Assembly (NCBI GenBank): GCA_964478715.1
Contig: CAYZIY010000001.1
Span: 9,088 to 73,087, forward strand
DNA length: 64,000 bases
From: an uncultured Planctomycetales bacterium
Lineage (GTDB): Bacteria; Omnitrophota; Gorgyraeia; Zapsychrales; JBDRMG01
Direction: 5' to 3'
The notes under the pieces: model-generated
The model's database searches: none
Told to the model about the DNA's origin: nothing
What the model saw: only the letters and a program-made list of their open reading frames with translations
Made by a program: the position numbers and the translations under genes
Part shown: positions 47,302 through 57,010 of the stretch, one piece after another
Layout of the letters: every line of letters starts with the position of its first letter
Position numbering within the stretch: position 1 is the first letter of the stretch

Positions 47302-49524
47302 ATGGAAAATAATACGTCTGCTAAAAAAAAGATAATCTTGATTCAGCTGGCGGGATTAGGAGATCTGGTTTTGGCTTCGGGCGCTATCGCCGCTCTGGCC
47401 AAGAAATATCCGCGGGCCTCCATCGACTTACTCACTTACCGCAGTAATGCTCTCCTTGTTAAAGACTGTTATTTGATTAATCGGATATTCTGCTTTGATC
47501 ATTTTTTGACACGCCAAACAATTCAAACTCTGAAAGATTTAAGCGCGATTCACTATGATGAGGCTATTAATCTCTTTCGGATTCACACCTGGCGGGGCTC
47601 AATCAATATGAATGTTCTTTTTAAGCTGATCAGCTTTTCGGAATCAATCGGCCGTAATACGAATAACAAAGGTTATTTTTATACCCAAAGAGTTGATGAA
47701 AATTATCCCATGCACATTCATGAAACGGAGACTCATAAAAAACTGTTGGCCTTAGCCGGTGTTCATCAAATGGAGCCGCCTTGTCTTTGGATCAAGAGCG
47801 ACCGGGAAGGTCTTCAGGATTTTTTAAAGAAAGAGGCCAAGGGGTCCGTTCGAGAGTTAATTTGTCTGCATATCGGAGCACGGAAAGTTTCTCATCAATG
47901 GGGCGCCGAGCGTTTTGCCCAATTGACCAAACTGATTCATGACAATAATAAGGGAAGGGTTATTTTAACAGGCGGTCAACAAGATAAAGCAATCGCTAAG
48001 CGCATCAAGGTGTTGACTCAAAGGAAAATCATCGATGCCACCGGCTGCCTTTCGTTGGCTCAGTGGGTAGCCCTGATTGATACCTGCCGCATGGTGGTTA
48101 CCAATGAGACCGGCCCCATGCATTTGGCAGCATTGAGAGAAACTCCTTTAGTTATTCTTTCTGGAAATAGTCCGGATGAATTTTTGCCTCTTAAACGTGA
48201 TCAGATGATTATTTTGAAGAAAGAAAGCTGCCAGCCAAGAAACCGCTGTAGTGGTCTTAGGCAGATTACTCCTGTTGATGTTTTCGAGGTGATGGAAAAG
48301 CTTTTGAGCCGCGATCCGGATCTGGTCGCAGGCTGTGTTGATCTCAAGGAAAGAACCAAAGTTTTGCATGTTCACACCCGGGCCATTGTGGCCGGTTCCA
48401 GTAAAAATATGAAAACCGTATTAAAGAATTGTCCATTGGAATTTTATGAAAAACATATAGCCTGCGGTCTGCAGGGATACTGGAGTAATTTTCGCACAGA
48501 GTTTGAAGAAACGGGTATTGTTCTTCATGCCCAAAGGCATCTGAGAAATCCAATTCATCCGATTTGGGATTTGCGTTCATTGATTGATTTGATCAAACTT
48601 ATACAGAGAGAACAATTTCGAATTGTTCATACTCATAATTCGAAGGCTGGTGTTTTGGGACGCTTGGCAGCCAAACTATGCGGGGTTCCCGTTATCATCC
48701 ATACCCATCACAGTTGTCATTTTCATTATGAAGGGCTTTCCCCTTTTAAAGTGCTTCTTTATCGTCAGATCGAACGATTTATGGGTATATTGACAGACAG
48801 CTGCATTGCCGTAAGCCGGCATATTAGAGAGGAGTATCTCAAGTACCGATTAATTTCTCCGGAGAAAATCGTACTTATCTATGGGGGCGTGGATATAGGG
48901 GCATTGCAAAAAGAAGCGGGTGCGAGTCAGACAAGAAAAGAATTGGACCTTGATGATCGGTATCGTCTGATCGGCGTGATAGCCCGTTGCGAAGAGGAAA
49001 AAGGACAGAGAGATATTTTGCAGGCTATACCGGCGGTTGTTTATCTATATCCGGAAACCATATTTCTTTTTGTGGGCGATGGAAGTAAAAGAAACGAGTT
49101 TGAAGATATGGCACGAAAAATGAAGTTGAAGCCGCATGTCCGCTTTGTCGGTTTTCGTCGGGATATTCCTCGGATTATACATGCGATTGATATTTTGTGC
49201 ACCGCCCCTTATTATGAGGGGATGGGGCAGATTTACTTGGAGGCCCAGGCAGCCGGCAAACCTATTTGCGCAACTTTCGTTGGTGGTATTCCCGATATCG
49301 TGATGGATCAGGAAACAGGCTTTTTGGTCAAGCCGAGAAATCCGGATGCCATTAGCGCTGTGTTGACAAAGCTGCTTAAGGACGAAGGCCTTCGGCGCAC
49401 AATGGGACAAAAAGGGAAAGAGCATGTATCAAAAAATTTTACTGAATCTATTATGGTGGAAAAAACTTTGGGATTGTATCAAAGATTGTTAGAGAAGAAG
49501 CGCCTTTGGACGTCAGAAAAATAA
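47302..49524 (+). CDS. GT9 (heptosyltransferase-like) plus GT4 glycosyltransferase fusion
   Basis: N half 'GLGDLV', 'NETGPMHLA'; C half 'VHTHNSKAG', 'EGMGQIYLEAQAAGKP', 'GGIPDIV'; start moved to ATG 47302. Confidence 0.88.
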   Translation: MENNTSAKKKIILIQLAGLGDLVLASGAIAALAKKYPRASIDLLTYRSNALLVKDCYLINRIFCFDHFLTRQTIQTLKDLSAIHYDEAINLFRIHTWRGSINMNVLFKLISFSESIGRNTNNKGYFYTQRVDENYPMHIHETETHKKLLALAGVHQMEPPCLWIKSDREGLQDFLKKEAKGSVRELICLHIGARKVSHQWGAERFAQLTKLIHDNNKGRVILTGGQQDKAIAKRIKVLTQRKIIDATGCLSLAQWVALIDTCRMVVTNETGPMHLAALRETPLVILSGNSPDEFLPLKRDQMIILKKESCQPRNRCSGLRQITPVDVFEVMEKLLSRDPDLVAGCVDLKERTKVLHVHTRAIVAGSSKNMKTVLKNCPLEFYEKHIACGLQGYWSNFRTEFEETGIVLHAQRHLRNPIHPIWDLRSLIDLIKLIQREQFRIVHTHNSKAGVLGRLAAKLCGVPVIIHTHHSCHFHYEGLSPFKVLLYRQIERFMGILTDSCIAVSRHIREEYLKYRLISPEKIVLIYGGVDIGALQKEAGASQTRKELDLDDRYRLIGVIARCEEEKGQRDILQAIPAVVYLYPETIFLFVGDGSKRNEFEDMARKMKLKPHVRFVGFRRDIPRIIHAIDILCTAPYYEGMGQIYLEAQAAGKPICATFVGGIPDIVMDQETGFLVKPRNPDAISAVLTKLLKDEGLRRTMGQKGKEHVSKNFTESIMVEKTLGLYQRLLEKKRLWTSEK

Positions 49525-49551
49525 ATCCATGAACCCAGACGTGAAAATCGC

Positions 49552-49580
49552 TTTACAACCTGAGGGGCTCTAGGTATAAT
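49552..49580 (+). promoter_or_regulatory. Sigma70-type promoter
   Basis: TTTACA-17-TATAAT upstream of hisG. Confidence 0.7.
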
Positions 49581-49647
49581 ATCTCCCACTATGACTCTAT
49601 GTGCAAGATGCTTATAATAAATTATATTACTTAAAGGATTTCAAATA

Positions 49648-50523
49648 ATGAAAAAGCTCAAATTAGGATTGCCCAAAGGCAGTTTACAGCAGGCTACGAT
49701 CGGCTTGTTTGAGCGGGCCGGTTTTAAAATCCGCGTGTCCGAAAGGTCTTATTTCCCCTATATTGACGATGAAGAAATCGAACCGGTTCTTTTAAGGGCG
49801 CAGGAAATGTCGCGTTATGTGGAAGATCAGGCCCTGGATTGCGGCATCACCGGTCAGGATTGGATTCTTGAAAACGGATCAAAGGTTATAACGATTTCCG
49901 ATCTCATGTATGCCAAACAAAGCGCCAGCAAAGTTCGATGGGTTCTGGCCGCTCCGGAAACCTCGTCAATTCGATCGGTCAAGGATCTCAAAGCAAAGCG
50001 GATTGCAACCGAACTCGAGCAGGTGACCAAGAAATTTCTTAAGAAAAACAAAGTCGATGCGGAAGTAGAATTCAGCTGGGGCGCTACGGAAGCTAAAGTC
50101 GCCTCTGGATTAGTTGATGCCGTTGTTGAGCTTACCGAAACCGGGCGCAGTCTGCGGGCCAATAAACTGAGGATCATCGCAACGATTTGTGAGTCGACCA
50201 CTCGATTTATCACCAATCAAAAAGCCTATCAAAATCCGTGGAAAAAAAAGAAAATAGACCAGATTGCTCTGTTGCTTCGAGGCGCTCTGGAAGCCGAGAA
50301 TATGGTAGGTCTTAAGCTGAATGTTCAACAAAAAGATCTTAAGAAGGTTCTGTCTTTGCTGTCATCGTTAAAAAAGCCAACGATTTCGCCTTTGAGCCAG
50401 AAAGATTGGCTGGCCGTCGAAACGGTTATTCATGAATCAAAGGTGCGGATTTTGATTCCTCAGCTTAAAGAAGCCGGGGCCCAGGGGATTATCGAATTTT
50501 CTCTTAACAAACTGATTCACTAA
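49648..50523 (+). CDS. hisG: ATP phosphoribosyltransferase (long form)
   Basis: 'GLPKGSL', 'DCGITGQDW', 'SWGATE', 'ETGRSLRAN', C-terminal regulatory domain. Confidence 0.96.
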   Translation: MKKLKLGLPKGSLQQATIGLFERAGFKIRVSERSYFPYIDDEEIEPVLLRAQEMSRYVEDQALDCGITGQDWILENGSKVITISDLMYAKQSASKVRWVLAAPETSSIRSVKDLKAKRIATELEQVTKKFLKKNKVDAEVEFSWGATEAKVASGLVDAVVELTETGRSLRANKLRIIATICESTTRFITNQKAYQNPWKKKKIDQIALLLRGALEAENMVGLKLNVQQKDLKKVLSLLSSLKKPTISPLSQKDWLAVETVIHESKVRILIPQLKEAGAQGIIEFSLNKLIH

Positions 50524-50547
50524 CCATAAGGAGTTTCAACAACGACT

Positions 50548-50649
50548 ATGCCGTGTGGAAGAAAAAGAAAAAGACGTAAAATACGAACCCATAAAAGAAA
50601 AAAACTAATTAAGTCGAAGCGTCACCTGAAAAAGAGAGACCACTCTTAA
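50548..50649 (+). CDS. 33-aa basic peptide, bS22/mS38 (AURKAIP1/COX24-type) ribosomal protein-like (not in ORF track)
   Basis: MPCGRKRKRRKIRTHKRKKLIKSKRHLKKRDHS*; AAGGAG upstream. Confidence 0.8.
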   Translation: MPCGRKRKRRKIRTHKRKKLIKSKRHLKKRDHS

Positions 50650-50668
50650 CACCCCTCATTTTTTCTTG

Positions 50669-51667
50669 ATGATGAAGATATTTTCTGCAACCAGAGGTCT
50701 GCAATTCGTCATAATTCTTTCAGTCCTTTTTCTTGGTGCATCTGCCTTGCAAGCTGTCACTCAGGGGCCGACTCCCGAGAGTCTGTCTCATTTCCTTAAA
50801 GGACTTTTATATGATTGGGATGGTATGACCGGTCTAGCCATTAACGAGTATGAGCAGGCCGCCCGTTATGATCCCGATAGTTTTGCCATTCACCTGAAGC
50901 TGGGTGCCGATTATGCCCGCATCGGAGAATTGGAAAAAGCCATCAAGGAAATCGAAACAGCCCAAAGCATCAATCCCAGGTATCTTCATTCGTATTACTT
51001 GTTGGCTGTATTGTATTCGGCCAGTCAGGAATATCAAAAAGCCGCTGAACAATACGAGAAAATTTTGGTTACCTTTTCGCGAGACGAAGAGGCCAATCTT
51101 GAGGTTTACGCTTATCTCGGTCAGTTGTATTATTCGCAGCAGAAATACCGAGAGGCGCTTCAGCAGTTTCAAAAGATCCTTGAATGGGAGCCGGAGAATA
51201 AAGAAGTGAAATTTCTCATCGGATCATTATATTTTGATTTGGAAAAAAAAAGCCGGGCCATCGAGATTTTTAAAGAAGTCATTAAGCAGGATCCTAGCCA
51301 TCAAAACAGTCTGAATTTTCTTAGCTATATTTATGCCGAGCAGGGTATTCATCTGGATGAAGCCTTAGTCATGATTCAAAAGGCCCTTGAGATCGAACCA
51401 GACAATGGCGCTTTCTTGGACACCTTAGGTTGGATTTATTACCAGAAGGGTCTGTATGAGGAGGCTCTCGATCCCCTTGAGAAGGCAGCGGAAATATACC
51501 CGGATGCGGTTATTTTTGATCATCTCGGAGACGCCTATCTAAAAATGGGTTTAACGGAAAAAGCCAAAAAAAGTTGGCAGCGAGCGTTACAATTGGCCCC
51601 TGAAGACAGCGATGTAGATGAAAAGATCAACACACTCAAAAACAAACACATTTCGCAGAACCGGTGA
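50669..51667 (+). CDS. Exported tetratricopeptide repeat protein
   Basis: Signal peptide; multiple TPRs, 'PDNGAFLDTLGWIYY', 'DHLGDAY'. Confidence 0.9.
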   Translation: MMKIFSATRGLQFVIILSVLFLGASALQAVTQGPTPESLSHFLKGLLYDWDGMTGLAINEYEQAARYDPDSFAIHLKLGADYARIGELEKAIKEIETAQSINPRYLHSYYLLAVLYSASQEYQKAAEQYEKILVTFSRDEEANLEVYAYLGQLYYSQQKYREALQQFQKILEWEPENKEVKFLIGSLYFDLEKKSRAIEIFKEVIKQDPSHQNSLNFLSYIYAEQGIHLDEALVMIQKALEIEPDNGAFLDTLGWIYYQKGLYEEALDPLEKAAEIYPDAVIFDHLGDAYLKMGLTEKAKKSWQRALQLAPEDSDVDEKINTLKNKHISQNR

Positions 51668-51713
51668 ATCATCTCATAATAGATTGATGGCCAAAAACAA
51701 ATAGACGGTTTCC

Positions 51714-52643
51714 ATGAGAGATATTGCCCTTCCATCCCCCGCCAAGCTCAATCTTTTTCTTAAAGTTCTCAATAAACGCAAAGACGGTTATCATAATTTG
51801 GTGACTCTTTTTGAAAGGATTGATCTGTGCGATGAAATTCGCTGCACACTCAACAGAACCGGAGCCATCAAAATCAGTTGTGATGATCCCGATGTCCCTT
51901 GTGGTTTTAAGAACCTGGCTTTTCAGGCAGCCAAGATTTTGCGTGAGACATATGCCCTTCAAAACGGCGTCCATATCAGAATCAAAAAAAAGATTCCAGT
52001 GGCTGCAGGTTTGGGAGGAGGGTCGAGCAATGCAGCCACGACCTTAAAATGTCTTAATCAGATATGGAAATTGGATTTAAAAACAGAGGGTTTGGTGAAA
52101 ATTGCGCGTTCTCTCGGGGCCGATGTTCCGTTTTTTCTTTATAACTGCTCCTATGCTTTGGGAACCCAGAGGGGAGACCATATCCAGCCTCTGTCAATAC
52201 GCAGATCTTTATGGCATGTGTTGATTGTGCCAAAGATGAAAGTCTATTCGCGCGAAGTATTTAAAGCATTTCAAATGGCTTCGGATGTCTCAAATTCTCA
52301 TAAACAGCCCCAGACGAATATGTTGACAAAGAGAAACGATAATGCTAATATTTTACTTCATGCGTTGCAAAAAAGGGATCTTTTAGGCCTTAAAAAAGGG
52401 CTTTTCAATGACCTGGAACGTGTTGTATTAGCTCAATATCGTAATTTATATTTATTAAAAGGAAAATTAGTAAATGGAGGCTCTTTAGGAACCTTGCTCT
52501 CGGGGAGTGGACCTGCTGTTTTCTCAATTGTGAAATCCCAGTTCGCCGCTGAGACTTTGAAAGATAGATTGTCTAAAACCTATCAAAGGGTTTTTATTGT
52601 TCGTACGAAGGTAAAGGAGGAAGACAGCTATGGAAATTACTGA
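51714..52643 (+). CDS. ispE: 4-(cytidine 5'-diphospho)-2-C-methyl-D-erythritol kinase
   Basis: 'PAKLNLFL', 'DGYH', 'IPVAAGLGGGSSNAA', 'GADVPFF', 'SGSG'. Confidence 0.96.
   Translation: MRDIALPSPAKLNLFLKVLNKRKDGYHNLVTLFERIDLCDEIRCTLNRTGAIKISCDDPDVPCGFKNLAFQAAKILRETYALQNGVHIRIKKKIPVAAGLGGGSSNAATTLKCLNQIWKLDLKTEGLVKIARSLGADVPFFLYNCSYALGTQRGDHIQPLSIRRSLWHVLIVPKMKVYSREVFKAFQMASDVSNSHKQPQTNMLTKRNDNANILLHALQKRDLLGLKKGLFNDLERVVLAQYRNLYLLKGKLVNGGSLGTLLSGSGPAVFSIVKSQFAAETLKDRLSKTYQRVFIVRTKVKEEDSYGNY
52323..52351 (+). promoter_or_regulatory. Internal sigma70 promoter inside ispE
   Basis: TTGACA-17-TAATAT with TGc extension. Confidence 0.65.
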
Positions 52644-53031
52644 AGTCAGGGTTTTTCCTAAAGAAGGCCAGGACAAGAAACTCAAAGCCTACACAACGGT
52701 GACTTTCGATAATGCGTTTGTTGTTCGCAATGTCAAAGTTATTCAGGGATCGAGCGGACTTTTTATTGCTATGCCTTCGCGAAAAATGAAAAATCCCTGC
52801 CCCAAATGTAATTTCAAGAATGAGGTGGGCAGTAGATTCTGCAATAAATGCGGAGCCAATGTTCCCGAAAAGGACAGCGTCCCTCACGCAGCGGAATCCG
52901 GCGCTAAAGGTGAGCATCGTGACATTGCTCATCCAGTAACGCAGGAGTTTCGTGAATACATGCAAAACAAGATTCTCGAGGCATACCAAAAAGAGGTTGG
53001 CGAGGGTTCTTCCCAACCGGCATCGGAATAG
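52630..53031 (+). CDS. spoVG: SpoVG with Zn-ribbon insertion
   Basis: 'MEITEVRV', 'GLFIAMPSRK', 'HRDIAHP'; inserted CPKC...CNKC. Confidence 0.92.
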   Translation: MEITEVRVFPKEGQDKKLKAYTTVTFDNAFVVRNVKVIQGSSGLFIAMPSRKMKNPCPKCNFKNEVGSRFCNKCGANVPEKDSVPHAAESGAKGEHRDIAHPVTQEFREYMQNKILEAYQKEVGEGSSQPASE

Positions 53032-53050
53032 ATTATTTAATTAATATATT

Positions 53051-53121
53051 TGCCCGGTGGTGTAATGGTAACACGCGAGAATTTGGATCTCGTTTTCCAG
53101 GTTCGAGTCCTGGCTGGGCAG
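53051..53121 (+). tRNA. tRNA-Gln (anticodon TTG), CCA not encoded
   Basis: Cloverleaf: TGCCCGG/CTGGGCA acceptor, GTGT/ACAC D-stem, CGAGA/TCTCG anticodon stem with loop ATTTGGA, CCAGG-TTCGAGT-CCTGG T-arm. Confidence 0.95.
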
Positions 53122-53133
53122 TGAATTAAGGCA

Positions 53134-54399
53134 ATGAATAAACAATTGATGACGATCGTTTTGGCCGCGGGTAAAGGGAAGCGAATGAAATCGAATTTCC
53201 CGAAAGTTCTTCATGAATTATGCGGTCGCCCCATGATTGCCTATGTTTGCGAAACCGTTTGTTCTTTGAAGAAAAATAGCGTGACGGTTGTGCTCGGTCA
53301 CGAGTTCGAGACTGTCAGGAAGGTTCTTGTGAACGATGTCAAGGTTGTCAGGCAAAAGAAATTGTTGGGCACGGCTGACGCTGTCCGGCAAAGCGTAAAG
53401 AGTTTTCCGGCAGGAAATTATTCTGTGCTTATTGTCTGCGGGGACACGCCTTTGTTAAGAAAAGCAACTCTTGAGCGTCTGGTCGCCTATCATCGTCAGA
53501 TGAAAAATCAAGCGACGTGTTTGACAGCTTGCGTAGAGAAGCCCCAAGGCTATGGCCGTATTATCCGTGGACTGAATCAGGATGTTTTGGCCATTTGCGA
53601 AGAGAGGGACGCTACCTCCCGGATTAGAAAAATCAATGAAATCAATACGGGTATCTACTGTTTTGAGAAAAGCTGTTTAGTCCAAGCGCTTAGAAGCGTT
53701 AAGCTCAATCACAAAAAGAAAGAGTTTTATTTAACCGATGTTATCGAGATTATGGTCAAAAACGGTTTGTGCGTAAAAGCCCTGCGGCTGGAGGATTCCC
53801 GGGAAGGTATGGGAATTAATACCCGGGAAGATTTAGCCCGGGCCGATCGCCTGATGCAAGAGAGGATTTTGCGTTCCTATATGCTTAAAGGCGTAACCAT
53901 CAGAAATCCGGCAACGACGTTTATTGACGCATCGGCAAAAATTGGCCGTGAAACCATTATCCATCCTTTTTGTGTCATCGGAAAAGATGTGAGGATCGGT
54001 GCTCGCTGTGAAATTGGTCCTTTTTGTCATTTGCGCGAAGGTGCCAGAATTGGAAGAAATGTTTGTGTGGGAAATTTTGCCGAGATTTGCCGTTCGCAGC
54101 TTGGCGATAATTCCTTTATGAAACATTTTAGTTATTTAGGGGATACCCTGGCCGGTAAGCGAGTTAATATAGGTGCTGGAGTCGTGACGGCTAACTTTGA
54201 CGGAAAGAAAAAGTCACAGACTCAAATCGGCGATGAAGCTTTTATCGGCTCAGATTCCATTTTGATCGCTCCGATAAAAATCGGCAAGAAGGCGGTTACT
54301 GGTGCCGGGAGCGTTGTTTTAAAAGGACGTCATGTTTCAGCGGGACAAACAGTTGTTGGATATCCGGCGCGAGTTTTAACAAGGAGAAAAAAATCATGA
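53134..54399 (+). CDS. glmU: Bifunctional UDP-GlcNAc pyrophosphorylase/acetyltransferase
   Basis: 'LAAGKGKRMKS..PKVLH', 'GYGRI', 'EFYLTD', hexapeptide repeats, 'HFSYLGD'. Confidence 0.93.
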   Translation: MNKQLMTIVLAAGKGKRMKSNFPKVLHELCGRPMIAYVCETVCSLKKNSVTVVLGHEFETVRKVLVNDVKVVRQKKLLGTADAVRQSVKSFPAGNYSVLIVCGDTPLLRKATLERLVAYHRQMKNQATCLTACVEKPQGYGRIIRGLNQDVLAICEERDATSRIRKINEINTGIYCFEKSCLVQALRSVKLNHKKKEFYLTDVIEIMVKNGLCVKALRLEDSREGMGINTREDLARADRLMQERILRSYMLKGVTIRNPATTFIDASAKIGRETIIHPFCVIGKDVRIGARCEIGPFCHLREGARIGRNVCVGNFAEICRSQLGDNSFMKHFSYLGDTLAGKRVNIGAGVVTANFDGKKKSQTQIGDEAFIGSDSILIAPIKIGKKAVTGAGSVVLKGRHVSAGQTVVGYPARVLTRRKKS

Positions 54400-55346
54400 A
54401 CGGATTAGCGATTTTATCGGGCAATGCCAATTCCGAATTATGTAAAAAGATTTGTCGGCATCTGGATATTCCACAGTCGGAAGTCATGGTCGAGCGATTC
54501 AGCGAAGGAGAAATCCGCGTTCAGATCAAAGATAATATTCGCGGTAAAGATGTTTTTATCGTTCAGCCCACCTGCCCTCCACCCAATGAAAATCTGATGG
54601 AACTTTTAATTCTTATCGATGCGTCCCGTCGAGCTTCAGCCCAGCGGATCACCGCTGTTGTGCCTTATTACGGCTATGCTCGGCAGGATCGCAAGGATAT
54701 GCCACGGGTTCCCATCACGGCCAAATTAGTGGCCAATATGATAGCCGCGGCTGGGGCGAATCGGGTGTTGACAATGGATTTGCATGCGTCCCAAATTCAG
54801 GGTTTCTTTGATATTCCTGTCGATCACCTCTATGCCATCAATACGGTTTGTGATTATTTTCGCTCAAAAGACATTAAGGATTTGGTGATTGCCTCGCCGG
54901 ATGTGGGCGGTATCAAGATGGCCAGGGCCTATGCCGAAAAGCTTGGCGCGGGACTGGCAATTGTCGATAAAAGAAGGGTGAGTCCAGAGAAAACGGAAGT
55001 GATGCATATTTTGGGAGACGTCAGAGGGAAAACTGCAGTTATCATAGACGATATCGCCGCGACGGCCGGTTCATTGATCGAAGCCGTGGAAGCTCTGAAG
55101 AAAAAGGGTGTGAAGACAATTTACGCGGCGGTCAGTCACGGTATTCTGTCGGGATCGGCCATCGAACGCATCGAAAAATGCCGTGTTCTGAATGAATTTG
55201 TGATGACCGACAGCATTCCTTTAGATGATAAAAAGAAAAGCAAGAAGATCAAGATTATCTCGATCGCTCCATTATTGGCCGAGGCGATTAAGAGAATCCA
55301 CAATGAAGAATCCATTAGCTGTTTGTTTGATGGAATAAAACGATAA
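54396..55346 (+). CDS. prs: Ribose-phosphate pyrophosphokinase
   Basis: 'YYGYARQDRK', 'DLHASQIQGFF', 'SPDVGG', 'DDIAATAGS'. Confidence 0.97.
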   Translation: MNGLAILSGNANSELCKKICRHLDIPQSEVMVERFSEGEIRVQIKDNIRGKDVFIVQPTCPPPNENLMELLILIDASRRASAQRITAVVPYYGYARQDRKDMPRVPITAKLVANMIAAAGANRVLTMDLHASQIQGFFDIPVDHLYAINTVCDYFRSKDIKDLVIASPDVGGIKMARAYAEKLGAGLAIVDKRRVSPEKTEVMHILGDVRGKTAVIIDDIAATAGSLIEAVEALKKKGVKTIYAAVSHGILSGSAIERIEKCRVLNEFVMTDSIPLDDKKKSKKIKIISIAPLLAEAIKRIHNEESISCLFDGIKR

Positions 55347-55368
55347 AAGAAAAGGCGGTAGGAGCAAG

Positions 55369-56088
55369 ATGGAACAGATCAATTTAGCGGTTCAAACAAG
55401 AAGCAAAATCGGTACGCAAGCTTGTCATGAGATTCGTCGCGGTGATTTTATTCCTGCGGTGGTTTATGGAGGCAAATCAAAACCCGCTTCGATTCAGGTA
55501 GATCGGAGTTGTTTCGAGCGTTTAGAGAGACAACATCACGGAGAGAGTATCGTGGTGTCTTTAGAGGTTATGGAAGGTGAAAAGAAGCTGAAAAACTATC
55601 CGGCGATTATCAAAGAAATCCAGCATGATCCGGTGACTGACAAAATACTTCATGTTGATTTTCATCATATTTCTCTGACGAAAGTGATTGAGGTAAGCGT
55701 GCCTATTGTGGCTAAGGGCGAACCCATCGGAGTCAAAAAAGAAGGCGGATCGCTTGATCACCATCTCTGGGAGCTGGAGATTGAGTGCTTACCGACTCAA
55801 ATTCCCCAGCATATCGATGTGGAGGTTAGCAAGCTAAGGATCAACGAGAGTATTTATGTCAAAGATTTACTTGTGCCTCAAGGCATTAAGGTAAAGATGG
55901 ATCCTGAAGAAACCGTTTTGACGGTGATTCCACCGATGAAAGAAGAGGAGGTGGGAGAGGAAGCTGCAGTGGCATCTGGGGAGCCCGAAGTAATCAAGGA
56001 AAAGAAGAAAGAAGAATCGACTCCGAAGGCGGAACAGGGTGGTTCGCAGGAAAAGAAACCGGAAAAAGAAAAAACCGAAGGGTCCTGA
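55369..56088 (+). CDS. rplY: 50S ribosomal protein L25/Ctc
   Basis: 'IPAVVYG', 'IQHDPV...HVDF', 'EPEVI'. Confidence 0.95.
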   Translation: MEQINLAVQTRSKIGTQACHEIRRGDFIPAVVYGGKSKPASIQVDRSCFERLERQHHGESIVVSLEVMEGEKKLKNYPAIIKEIQHDPVTDKILHVDFHHISLTKVIEVSVPIVAKGEPIGVKKEGGSLDHHLWELEIECLPTQIPQHIDVEVSKLRINESIYVKDLLVPQGIKVKMDPEETVLTVIPPMKEEEVGEEAAVASGEPEVIKEKKKEESTPKAEQGGSQEKKPEKEKTEGS

Positions 56089-56091
56089 TCT

Positions 56092-56667
56092 TTGGAAAAA
56101 CGGATTGTTGTTGGTTTGGGAAATCCCGGAGAGAAATATAAAAAAACGCGGCATAATTTTGGTTTTCTAATCGCAGAAGAGTTTGCCGGACAAATCGGCA
56201 GTAAATTTAGAAGGAGTTTTCTTCATAAATGCTTTCTGGCCGAAGGAATTCTTGAGGATCGGCAAATTCTTTTGATGAAACCGGCCACCTATATGAATAA
56301 TTCCGGAATGAGCATCAAAAAGCTGTTGGACAGAAAAGGAATCACTCTCGATAATATTTTGATTATTCATGATGACCTGGATTTGCCTTTTGGCCGTTTG
56401 CGGTTTAAGAAAGAAGGAAGCGATGCCGGCCATCGCGGCCTTCGCTCCATCGCGAATTCTTTAAGGACCAGGCAGTATGCACGTTTAAAATGCGGAATCG
56501 GACGCCCTCGAAGCGATCAGGATGCTGCCGAATATGTTTTGAGCCTTTTTGATGAAACTCAGCAGGAAGAATTACCTTCGATTGTCAAGCGGGCTCTAAA
56601 GATTATCAGTTCCTGGGCTTTGGGAAAAGAAGAAGACGTTTACTCATTATGTCAAAAAAATGATTAA
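56092..56667 (+). CDS. pth: Peptidyl-tRNA hydrolase
   Basis: 'VGLGNPG..Y..TRHNFGF', 'YMNNSG', 'HDDLDL', 'GH.GL.SI'. Confidence 0.96.
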   Translation: MEKRIVVGLGNPGEKYKKTRHNFGFLIAEEFAGQIGSKFRRSFLHKCFLAEGILEDRQILLMKPATYMNNSGMSIKKLLDRKGITLDNILIIHDDLDLPFGRLRFKKEGSDAGHRGLRSIANSLRTRQYARLKCGIGRPRSDQDAAEYVLSLFDETQQEELPSIVKRALKIISSWALGKEEDVYSLCQKND

Positions 56668-56691
56668 TCCATTCAAGCAAAAGGAAAGGCA

Positions 56692-57000
56692 ATGAACAAA
56701 TACGAATTAATTTTAATTGTTGATTCTCAATTAACAGAAGAGCAGAAAGACGATATCCAGAATCAAGCGCTGGATGGAATTTCCAAATCAAAAGGAAAGG
56801 TGATCAATGCGCAGCGTTGGCTTGATAAGCATAAGATGGCCTTTAAAATAAAAAATGTATCCGAAGCAACTTATTATCTGATCCGGTTTGATTCTGGGGC
56901 AGAGAATGTCCAGAAACTGAAGGAATTTCTGCGGGTCAATGAAAATATTTTGAGATTTGCGATTTATAGATCGCAAGAAACCAGCGTTAAGAAAATCTAA
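56692..57000 (+). CDS. rpsF: 30S ribosomal protein S6
   Basis: 'MNKYELILI', 'MAFKIK', 'ENILRF'; rpsF-ssb-rpsR-rplI order. Confidence 0.92.
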   Translation: MNKYELILIVDSQLTEEQKDDIQNQALDGISKSKGKVINAQRWLDKHKMAFKIKNVSEATYYLIRFDSGAENVQKLKEFLRVNENILRFAIYRSQETSVKKI

Positions 57001-57010
57001 GGAGGGCAGG

